A stretch of 64,000 nucleotides of DNA from an uncultured Gammaproteobacteria bacterium (GTDB lineage Bacteria; Pseudomonadota; Gammaproteobacteria; Steroidobacterales; Steroidobacteraceae): contig CAWAMT010000008.1 of assembly GCA_963783185.1 (NCBI GenBank), positions 126,827-190,826 of the forward strand, in the 5' to 3' direction. Position numbers and translations under genes: made by a program. The notes beneath the pieces were generated by a model. The model was not told where the DNA came from, ran no database searches, and was given only the letters and a program-made list of their open reading frames with translations. Each line of letters begins with the position of its first letter. The stretch's first letter is position 1. Shown piece by piece: positions 55,605 through 64,000 of this stretch.

Positions 55605-57307
55605 TCGGCCTGAACCACCGCCTCGTCCTGAACTCCGATATCGTCATCCGCCGATTTGAACCGCAGCCTTCAAATGATTCCAAGGAGGGCTCGGACGACG
55701 ACTTCGTGGTGACGCGTACCGCCAGCAGGTCTCCCTCTCTCGCGGTGAATCGTGAAACCGCCGAGTTTCTCCTGGCATTCTCCAAGCCCTGCGCTTTGTT
55801 AAGTGCCGTTCAGATCATCTCCAGACGCATGCTCGCTGCGCCGGAGACGGTGCTAGAGGAGGTGTATCCAAACTTAAAAACCTTTCTCGACCGGGGGATA
55901 CTGGTGCGGCTCGGCGGCACCCGGCGCGCCGGGCGCGCGCGGCGCATCGGGCCTTGGTCGCTCGAACGCAAAATCAACGATTTCGACGATTCGTCCGTGT
56001 ATCTTGTAAAGAACGATCGCGGCCAATTCGGGGCGCTGAAGCTCGTTCGTTCGGGCGCCGCGGACGGGATGCTCGAACGCGAACGCCGCGTCATGCAAAT
56101 GGTTGGGAATGATCTCGTACCCGCCCTTTTGGATTTCGGGTCGTCATCGCAAGGATCGTATCTCGTCTCGGAATGGAAGTCCGGGTGCGTCGCCGTGGAA
56201 GCATTTGGCGAACTCCGTGCTTCACCCGAATCCAGGCCTGCGCTCCTGCGTCTCGCAATCGCACTGCTGAACGCCTACGAGCGCCTCCATGAACGCGGAA
56301 TCATACATGGCGATATTCAACCTAAGAATGTCGTATTCGATCTGCACGACAGGGCGTGGAGCATCGATTTTTCCAATTCCGTGGTCCCTGGCATGCCGCT
56401 CCCCGAGGGCCGCATGGGAGTGCCGTTCTTCTTTGAGCCAGAATACGCCCGGGCGTTGCTGCTGCAGATCGGCGGCCAGCCCGCGTCGCAGGTGCCGACG
56501 GTGCGCGGAGAGAATTACGCAATTGCCGCCATGCTCTTTTACCTCCTCTCCGGTGTCCATTGCATCGAGTTTTCACCTGAGAGAGAGACATTGCTCCGTC
56601 AAGTGTCGGAAGCGGAGCCGGGTCGTCTCACGGATCCGTGGCGCGCTGAATGGGATGCCGTCGATCGCCTGATTCGTCCGTTTCTCTCGAAAGATCCCGA
56701 GCAACGTCCACCATCGTTGACTTGCCTGCGCGACGGCCTCGAGAGGCTGTTGACGCCTGAACGGGTCGTGCCCATTGCCTTTTCCATCAGACACCAAACC
56801 GATCCCCTGGCGAAGATGAAGGCAGAGTATGGGCTCGGCTCGGTTCGCCTTCGTAAATTCGATCTGGTTCCTCCGCGCTGTTCCCTTACCTATGGAGCAC
56901 CCGGAATCGCCTATGCCCTGTTGCGCGCGTCCGAGTTGTGCGACGACGCCGAACTCTTGTGGGCCGCAGATGCCTGGATCGAGCTTGCCGAACAGTGCTC
57001 AAACGAGCCCGAGGCATTTACAGCTCGCGCAATGGAGCTGACCCGCAATAGAATCGGATATGCCTCGCTCTCCGGCGCCGAGCCGGGACTTTTTTTTGCC
57101 AAGAGCCTGATCCGTGCGGCAGTGGGAGACTCGCAAGGAGCGAAGTTTGCCGTAGACCAGTTTCTTTCCGCCGCGAGTTTCCGGCCCTCGCATCATTCGG
57201 ACACGAATCTCGGCGGAGTCGGATTGGCGTTGGCGGCGGACCGGCTTTCGAAATTGCCGCTGCCCGTCCGATCTCGACAGAAGCTCAGCGGACTTCGTAG
57301 ACAGTGA
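55601..57307 (+). CDS. PqqD-like RRE + Hanks-type Ser/Thr protein kinase + first part of a LanC-like cyclase domain
   Basis: N-terminus: HRLVLNSDIVIRRFEP...LAVNRETAEFLLAFSKPCALLSAVQIISRRM...VLEEVYPNLKTFLDRGILV (PqqD/RRE-like). Kinase: FGALKLV, HGDIQPKN (HGD at 56306-56314), IDFS (DFS at 56366-56374), SKDPEQRP. Then YGAPGIAYALL... and GGVGLALAA, which are LanC-type Gly-rich helix-repeat motifs. Confidence 0.7.
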   Translation: MIGLNHRLVLNSDIVIRRFEPQPSNDSKEGSDDDFVVTRTASRSPSLAVNRETAEFLLAFSKPCALLSAVQIISRRMLAAPETVLEEVYPNLKTFLDRGILVRLGGTRRAGRARRIGPWSLERKINDFDDSSVYLVKNDRGQFGALKLVRSGAADGMLERERRVMQMVGNDLVPALLDFGSSSQGSYLVSEWKSGCVAVEAFGELRASPESRPALLRLAIALLNAYERLHERGIIHGDIQPKNVVFDLHDRAWSIDFSNSVVPGMPLPEGRMGVPFFFEPEYARALLLQIGGQPASQVPTVRGENYAIAAMLFYLLSGVHCIEFSPERETLLRQVSEAEPGRLTDPWRAEWDAVDRLIRPFLSKDPEQRPPSLTCLRDGLERLLTPERVVPIAFSIRHQTDPLAKMKAEYGLGSVRLRKFDLVPPRCSLTYGAPGIAYALLRASELCDDAELLWAADAWIELAEQCSNEPEAFTARAMELTRNRIGYASLSGAEPGLFFAKSLIRAAVGDSQGAKFAVDQFLSAASFRPSHHSDTNLGGVGLALAADRLSKLPLPVRSRQKLSGLRRQ

Positions 57308-57927
57308 TGACGCGCGCGTGGCAGCAATCTCCGCCCGCGTTTGGCGGCCGCAGCCGCCTTGGCTTTGCGCACGGCGTCGCTGGCGTGGTTTTCGCGGCGC
57401 TCGCCGATGGAACATCGCGAGAGACATCGGAAGCGGCGGATCGGCTTCGCGGTTTGCCGGCGATGATTCGCAAAGGTATCCGTTGGCCCGTGCGTGCGGG
57501 AAGTTCCTACTTCATGCCGGGCTGGTGCAACGGCGTGGCGGGGCATCTGTTGGTGTGGACGAGATTGTGGCAATGGTCCGCAGAGACGGCGGACCGGGAA
57601 ATGATGGAGCGGATCGCGTGGGGAATAGTGGAGTCGCGGACCTCGATGGGGAATCTTTGCTGTGGGGCGGCCGGTCAAGCGGTCTCGCTGGCCGTATTCG
57701 CTGCGGCCGCCGCCGAGCCGTCCTGGCGGCGGCGGGCGCAGGAATTCCTCGATAAGCTCGAGCCGCAATGGCCGAAGGACGATCATCCTCAGAGCTTGTA
57801 CCGCGGAGAACTCGGACTCTTGCTCGCGCGGCTGGAGTGCGACGCGTCGGTGCCTCGGTTTCCCGTTTGGGGAGCGAGCCTCGACCCGCGTCCTAGCGTT
57901 TCACGAAACCCGGTCAACGTAGCGTGA
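57304..57927 (+). CDS. C-terminal part of the LanC-like cyclase domain (probably one gene with 55601..57307)
   Basis: Motifs GFAHGVAG, GWCNGVAGH (Cys codon 57526-57528) and NLCCGAAGQA (Cys-Cys codons 57658-57663) correspond to LanC G.AHG.AG / WC.G / CHG motifs. The junction is GTGATGA at 57304-57310. Confidence 0.65.
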   Translation: MMTRAWQQSPPAFGGRSRLGFAHGVAGVVFAALADGTSRETSEAADRLRGLPAMIRKGIRWPVRAGSSYFMPGWCNGVAGHLLVWTRLWQWSAETADREMMERIAWGIVESRTSMGNLCCGAAGQAVSLAVFAAAAAEPSWRRRAQEFLDKLEPQWPKDDHPQSLYRGELGLLLARLECDASVPRFPVWGASLDPRPSVSRNPVNVA

Positions 57928-57949
57928 TCGAGTGCAGCTTTGGCCAGCG

Positions 57950-59584
57950 CTACTCGAGCTCTTGTGCGCCGACCAAATGCGTGGTCTTCGGCCCTTCGCC
58001 GATTTGAAAGCGGCGGACAGCCTGCTCCAACACGCGATCCGCCTTGGTCACGCGCTGGTGTTGTCGCAAATGCTCGAGCCAGGAGTCCGTCCGAAAGGTC
58101 TCGATGAATCGGCCCTCCTCGGCGGGGTCCTCAAATATCCCCCAGTCATACGCGCCGTCGCGGCGCCGCTCGCGCGCATATCGGCCGAGCGCGTGCAGGA
58201 ATGGTTCTCCGGTTCTTCGGATCGATGCGGTATTCGATCGTCACCAGAACCGGTCCCCGGTCCGGTTCTATCGCCTGGACGTGACCGGCGCCGGCCAATG
58301 CATGGACGGCGAAAAATCGACGATTCGCGCCCGTCTGCAGCTTCCATCGCCAGGTGAGCGGGATGGCGATCAGCGCGCCCGCGGCCGCGACGAGCAGGGC
58401 GGCGGGCAGCCCGGCGACGGCGGCGAACTCGCCCCACAGCGCGCTGCCGATGGTCAGTGCACCGAACATCACCGTCACATACATCGCAAGTCCGCGACCG
58501 CGAACCCAGTCGGGCAATGCGACTTGCGCCGAGACATTGAGGCTCGACACCGCGGCGATCCACGATGCGCCGGCGATGAGGCTGGCTGCGATCGCCGTCA
58601 CGGGGTCGTGAGCGAGCGCAAACAGCGCCATGCCGACCGAAGTGGCCAAAGTGGCGGCCGCGACCAGCCGGTCTGCGCCCAATTTCGCCTTGAGACTGTC
58701 GCAGCAAGAACGCGCCACCCACGGCCGCGGCCCCGATGGCGCCCAGCAACAGCCCGTACAGCGCAGGGCCCCCGGCGATCTGGCTGCGTGCGACCAGCGG
58801 CAACAGCGCCCAGTAGGCGCTGGCAAATACGAAGAAAGCCGCTGGCCCGGATCAACGTCGCGCTGAGATGCCTGTTGTATCGCGCGTGTCGCAGACCGGT
58901 GCGCACCGCGTTGCCGAATGGCTTCGGGCGGCAGGTGCGCGCCGCTTTTGTCCGGGCGGACGCCACCATAGCGAGCGCCGCAATGACCCCGACGTTACTG
59001 AATGCATCGAGCCAGAACGGCGCCGCAATCCCGAATGCGCCAATGAGCAAGCCGCCGAGTGCCGGCCCGACGGCGCGGCTGACGTTGATGCCTACACTGT
59101 TCGCCGCAACTGCGGCGGTCAGTTCCGATTTCGGTACGAGCTGAGGCACCACCGCCTGCCACGCGGGAGCGGTGACGGCCGAGCCGACGCGTCACAATGA
59201 AGCTGAAGACCAGGAGACCGGCCGGCGTGATGAGATGCAGCCAGACGAGCGCTGCGAAGGCGGTCGAGGTGATCAGTGATCGGCGGACTCGCCAAGGATC
59301 AGGAATCGGCGCTGATCGACGATGTCCACGAGCGCGCCCGCAGGAATGGCGAACAGAAACATCGGCAGGCTGTTGGCGACCTGCACCATCGAGACGATGA
59401 AGGGGTCCGGATCGAGGCTGGTCATGAGCCAGCCGGACGCGACGTTATACATCCAACCACCGATGTTCGAGACCACCGTCGCGATCCAGATCACTGCGAA
59501 CATCTTGTGGCGAAACGGAGCCCACGGCGAAGCGGCTGGGTGATTCGCTTTAGCCGCTGGATCGTTCAGGGTTGGTGCGCTCAT
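57950..59584 (-). CDS. MFS_3 (EntS-like secretion effector) transporter with C-terminal ABM-like extension (several frame breaks)
   Basis: N-terminus: PFRHKMFAVIWIATVVSNIGGWMYNVASGWLMTSL...LFAIPAGALVDIVDQRRFLILGE. Further TM segments in ORFs 58598..59152 and 58146..58826. The tail ...VLVTIEYRIDPKN...DWGIFEDPAEEGRFIETFRTDSWLEHLRQHQRVT... reads through to TAG at 57950-57952. Confidence 0.65.
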
Positions 59585-59708
59585 GTCGATCAGTTGGGAG
59601 CCTAACCGAAGAGAGCAATCCTAACTCAACTCGAGGAGCGGGATTGCCCGCGATGGCATGCCTCGTCTACCATCACAGCCCTCGCTTCGCGGCGTCGAGC
59701 ACATCCCC

Positions 59709-60639
59709 ATGATTGCCTCCGAGGTCTTCATCACCTGCGCCGTGACGGGTTCGGCGGATTCGGTGAGCAAGAGCCGCAACGTGCCGGTGACGCCCGCGCA
59801 GATTGCCGCCTCGGCGCTCGATGCCCACGCGGCCGGCGCAGCGATCGTCCATCTGCATGTCCGCGATCCGCGCTCCGGCGCCGCGAGCCGTGACCCGGCG
59901 CTGTTCCGCGAAGTCGTCGACCGCATCCGCCAAGCGAACAGCGAGGTGATCCTCAATCTCACCGGCGGCATGGGCGGCGATCTCGTGCTCGGGCCGGAAC
60001 AGGCACCGCTCAATCTAGCAAGCGGCACGGATTTCGTCGGGCCTCGCGAGCGGATTGCGCATGTCCTCGAGTTGCTCCCGGAGATCGGAAGCCTCGATTG
60101 CGGTTCCCTCAATTTCGACGAAGTGCTCTACGGCACGACTCCCGGCTATCTGCGGCGCATGGCGCGCGCCTACCAGGAGAGGAACGTGCGGGCGGAGCTC
60201 GAGGTCTTCGAACTCGGCCACATCGAACTCGCCAAGCAGCTTCTCGCCGAGGGGCTCATCGATCCGCCGGCCCTGTTTCAGCTGTGCCTCGGCATCAAGT
60301 ACGGTGCGCCTGCCAGTTCGGAGGCCATGCAGGCGATGCGCGATGCGTTGCCGGCGGGAGCGCTGTGGTCTGCATTCGGGCTCGGCCGAATGCAGATGCC
60401 GATGGTGGCCCAGGCGGTGCTGCTGGGCGGCAATGTGCGCGTGGGGCTCGAGGACAATCTCTACCTCGAGCGGGGTGTCCTGGCGACGAACGCTCCAATT
60501 GGTCGAACGGGCGCGGTCGATCATCGAGCTGTTGGGCGCTCGTGTGCTCACCGCGCCGCAAACACGCGAGCGGCTCGGACTGCGCGACACTTGGTCGAGG
60601 CAGAGGGCACCGCTAGCGTCGCCTTCAAGATCGCGGTAA
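59709..60639 (+). CDS. 3-keto-5-aminohexanoate cleavage enzyme (BKACE/DUF849) family (frame break near 60490, 3' end uncertain)
   Basis: MIASEVFITCAVTGSADS...VPVTPAQIAASALDAHAAGAAIVHLHVRDP...LNLTGG...LGGNVRVGLEDNLY..., then in a shifted frame LVERARSIIELLGARVLTAPQTRERLGL. Confidence 0.75.
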
Positions 60640-60642
60640 TCT

Positions 60643-61376
60643 TCAAGCTGGCACGGATCGATCACCGCGAGCAGAGGTCGCCCGCGGCCGGTCAGCGCGA
60701 TGGCATCGTGGCTGATCCGTGGCGAGACCGGCTGCCCGCATGCGCTCCTTCAGCCGCTTTTTTTCGTCTCGCGAGAAGAATTCAATGTCGTCCACTTTCT
60801 TCAGTTGCGGTACGAAGCTCCGGCAGTCCCTCGTCCCAGCGCTTGAAGATAGCGCGGCATCGAGATGACGTCGAAGCCTCCCTGGACGCGGAGGCGACGA
60901 TCTTGCCGCGCTTCCGTCGGATCCTCGGGCAGCGGCGCCCAGATCCAGCGCGGCAAGCTGTACCAATGCGGTACCAGTGCGGCGCGTTCTGCTGGCGGGC
61001 GAGGTCCAATTCCTCGGGCTCGATGTCGTACGCTTGCACGATTTGAAGACAGTTTTCGGAAAACGCGTAATACAAGGGCCGTCCGTTCCAGAGCGCGGTC
61101 GTGCCATAGATCAGCGCGATCAGTTGCACGGCGACGATCATGGCGATGTCGCGCGTGAGCTCGCGGCGCGATTTTTCGGAGCTGGCGATGATCAGCGTGA
61201 GCGAGCGGGCCGAACACCAATCGACGCCGACCATGCACGGCGACGACCCGCGGGACATCGGCCAAATACCAGCCCGGCCAGTGATACCAGCCGAGGTAGA
61301 GCGCGCCGAGCGTCAGCGTCAGGACGCTGGCGCTGCCGAGAAGATGCAGCCCGAAGGCTTTGAATCTGAACTTCAA
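60643..61376 (-). CDS. membrane protein resembling type IV pilin accessory protein (TfpX/TfpZ/FimB-like), several frame breaks
   Basis: TTG 61376 gives MKFRFKAFGLHLLGSASVLTLTLGALYLGWYHWPGWYLADV. Other frames carry ...LTLIIASSEKSRRELTRDIAMIVAVQLIALIYGTTALWNGRPLYYAFSENCLQIVQAYDIEPEEL..., PHWYSLPRWIWAPLPEDP and ...LKKVDDIEFFSRDEKKRLKERM. The family assignment is from memory. Confidence 0.45.
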
Positions 61377-61500
61377 GCTTGGTATCCGTGTGGCTGGCGA
61401 AGGTCGTCGATGAAGTGCTCGCGGACATCTATTGTTCACAAATCGATGCGCTGACGGAAGGACCGCAGAGTCAGCGAATCGGTGAAATCTGCAAATGCCG

Positions 61501-63042
61501 TCACACTGCGCCGAAGGGGCGACCCCGAGGGGCCGCGCCGAAAGGGGCACCGGCCCTATGGGATCTCACCCGCCGCACGGCATCTCGCCAGCCGTCGATT
61601 TCGGCATCCCGTGCGGCGCCGGTCTTCGGCTCGAAACGCGCATCGGCTGCTCGCCGAGCGCGGCGATATCTTGAGCGAGCCATACATCCCGCAGCCGAGA
61701 CCCGCTAAACAGGCGGCGCCGAAAGCTGTCGACTCGGTGATCTTCGGCCTCTGAATCGGGAGCCCAAGATATCGGCGAGGCGCTGCATGAACAACTCGTT
61801 TTGCGCCATACCCCCGTCGACTTTGAGCATCGTCGGCCGCAGGCCGTCGGCGGCCATGGCCTCGAGCAGGTCGTAGGTCTGGTAGGCCACGCTGTCGAGC
61901 GCCGCACGTGCGATCTCGCCGCGGCTCGAGGCGCGCGTCAGTCCGATAAGTGCGCCGCGCGCGTCGGGATCCCAATACGGTGCGCCGAGTCCCGTAAAGG
62001 CGGGCACCAAGTACACTCCGCCGCTATCGTCGACGGAAGCTGCCAATGCCTCTACGTCCGACGCGCGTGAAATGAGGCCGAGACCATCGCGCAGCCATTG
62101 GATCGCGGTGCCCGCCGAGAGGATGGAGCCTTCCAGAGCGTAGGTCACTTCGCCCTTCAATTGATAGGCGATCGTACTGAGCAGTCGATTATGACTCGGC
62201 ACCAACATGCTGTGCGGTATTGAGCACCAGGAACGCGCCGGTGCCGTACGTGCTCTTGACGTCGCCGGCCGCGAAGCAGGCTTGACCCATCAGCGCCGCT
62301 TGTTGATCGCCGGCAATGCCGCTGATCGGCAGGGCGTGGCCGAGCACGGACTTCTCGATGTGTCCGAAGTCTCCCGCGCTATCTCGCACCTCGGGCAGAC
62401 AGGATCGGGGGACGTCGAACAGTCTCGCACAGTGCCTCGTCCCAGCGGCCTTTGTGGATGTCATAAAGAGCCGTGCGGCTTGCGTTGGTCGCGTCGGTCG
62501 CGTGCAACCGGCCGCCGCTGAGGCGCCAGAGCAAGAAGCTGTCGACCGTGCCGAAGGCGATGTGACCAGCCTTGGCGGCGTCGCGCGCGCCCTGGCACAT
62601 GATCCAGAATCCAAGCGATTTTGGTGGCGGAAAAATAGGGATCGAGCAGCAGGCCGGTCTTGCGGCTGAGTTCCGCCTCGGCGTCGGCGCGGTTCAGTTC
62701 CCGGCAGCGATCCGCGGTGCGACGGTCCTGCCATACGATAGCATTGTAAATGGGCGCGCCGCTGCGGCGATCCCACAGGATAGTGGTCTCGCGTTGATTG
62801 GTGATGCCGACCGCGGCCACGGTACCGCCCTGAATCGCGCAAACGCTGCAGAACCTGGCGGGTCGGTGGACAGCACGGTCGCCCAAATCACCTCCGCATC
62901 GTGCTCCACCCAACCCGGCGCCGGATAGATCTGCTCGAAGGACTGCTGTTCGATCGCCAGCATATCGCCCGCGGCGGAGAAAGCCGATGGCGCGGCTGGA
63001 ACTCGTTCCCTGATCGATCGCGAGCAAAATATCCTGAGACAA
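61501..63042 (-). CDS. glpK: glycerol kinase (many frame breaks)
   Basis: TTG 63042 gives [19 protein letters not shown]. Other motifs: [125 protein letters not shown] and [22 protein letters not shown]. Confidence 0.88.
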
Positions 63043-63088
63043 GGAATGCACCTCGATCTTGCCTGGAAAGAGAATGTAACACTTGGGG

Positions 63089-63730
63089 TCAATCGAAATC
63101 CGCCGGCAGATCGGGATGCTCCGCGTGCTCGAACATGCGGTCGATCTGCTGTGCGGTCGTGCGGCCGATGGAAAGAGGCGGCAGTGCGTCTCGGGAGAAA
63201 AATGCCGCATCGCTGGTTTCGATGCTCGGCCGAGCGCTGCCGCCCGTGAGCTCGCAGATGAAGAACATCTTGTAGATGGCATCGAGATGATGAGGGCGGT
63301 TGCGCTTGCGGTAATCGTAAACCGCGGCAAGCTTGATGGCCCGGGCCTGGTAGCCCGATTCTTCCGCAACTTCCCGGACCACGCTTTGGGCGGCCGATTC
63401 AGTCACATCGGCCCAACCCCCGGGAGCGTCCACGCACCATCACTGATCTCCCGGACCATGAGCACGCGGCCGCTCGAGGAATGCTGCCGCGCGAACGTCG
63501 ACTTTCGGGGTCGCGTATCCCTTGTCCTCGCTGAACGACTCGAGCACGGCCGCGCGAGACTGGCCAGTGCCTTGTGCGATCAGGGACGCCGCCAATTCGC
63601 GGATGCGCTCATAGCGCTGGCGGTCGAATGGATCGCTACAGAAGCTAAGACCAATCTGTGCAATGGCCCGCAACTCCCGGCTGATGGTCAGCCAGGAGGG
63701 TTCGTTCGCCGATGAGTCGTCGGTGGGCAT
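63089..63730 (-). CDS. Nudix hydrolase with N-terminal Nudix_N-type domain (frame break near 63435)
   Basis: ATG 63730 gives [47 protein letters not shown]... The downstream fragment carries the Nudix box region [24 protein letters not shown]. Confidence 0.65.
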
Positions 63731-64000
63731 TGAATTTTCACAGTCATACGTCGCCTCGGCTTCGACCAACGGCCGCAACGCCTTCGAGACGGGAATTCGC
63801 ACGATCAGCTCCGCTCCGCCTAAAGGGGAATTGGCTACGTCGAAGGTTCCGCCCAGCGCATAGACACGGTGCCGCATGGAGGCCAAGCCGTTAGTGCCTC
63901 TCGCAGAGCCTGCATCGGATATTCCCTTACCATCGTCGGTGATGCGAAACACGACGTTGTCATCGTCGATATCAAGTGCAATGGCCACCGACTTTGCACC
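63731..64000 (-). CDS. sensor histidine kinase, C-terminal HATPase_c fragment (gene starts beyond the window end)
   Basis: ...VAIALDIDDDNVVFRITDDGKGISDAGSARGTNGLASMRHRVYALGGTFDVANSPLGGAELIVRIPV (G1/G2 boxes). No stop separates it from the Nudix ATG in the same frame. Confidence 0.6.

Noticed and set aside
58044-59144. 366-aa plus-strand ORF
   Set aside because: It is antisense to the MFS_3 transporter fragments. The translation is Arg/Ala/Pro-rich and not protein-like.

Overview
High-GC proteobacterial chromosomal segment. The gene order (mutS-cinA-recA-recX-alaS-csrA-tRNA-Ser-tRNA-Arg; pilS-pilR-pilA-pilB) looks gammaproteobacterial, Xanthomonadales/Pseudomonas-like, but the taxon is inference only. 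All family calls come from reading translated motifs by eye; no searches were run.

Layout:
(1) 1-8.7 kb, minus strand: type IV pilus locus pilS-pilR-[polytopic membrane protein, GtrA, FAD oxidoreductase]-pilA-pilA-pilB. It has two almost identical tandem pilin genes and a sigma-54 promoter.
(2) 8.8-28.8 kb: housekeeping block nadE, bamD, rluD, pgeF, clpB, FmdB-like, aspS, nudB, hydrolase, GNAT, mutS, pncC/cinA, thpR, recA, recX, alaS, csrA, tRNA-Ser(GCU), tRNA-Arg(ACG).
(3) 28.7 to about 49 kb: accessory stretch that begins at tRNA-Arg. It contains repeated partial tRNA-Arg 3' ends and integrase N-terminal remnants. Cargo genes are a TonB-dependent receptor, a GPH/MFS symporter, a PhyH dioxygenase, DUF72, topoisomerase IB, a lipase lipoprotein, a PNPOx-like protein, a GT51/PBP-like protein, TSUP exporters and NfeD-SPFH.
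(4) 49.8-53.6 kb: MMPL/RND-type transporter plus divergent exported and TPR lipoproteins.
(5) 53.6-57.9 kb: the most interesting locus, a lanthipeptide-like operon with a non-canonical architecture. It encodes a 237-aa Cys-rich protein, a standalone HopA1/OspF-like lyase candidate, and a PqqD-like RRE fused to a Ser/Thr kinase and a LanC-like cyclase.
(6) 57.9-64 kb: MFS_3 transporter, BKACE enzyme, TfpZ-like pilin accessory protein, glpK, Nudix hydrolase and a histidine kinase fragment.

Caveat: many genes, including essential aspS and alaS, are broken by single-nucleotide frame breaks. These are most likely indel errors in the assembly. Features for such genes span all fragments, and their exact ends are approximate.
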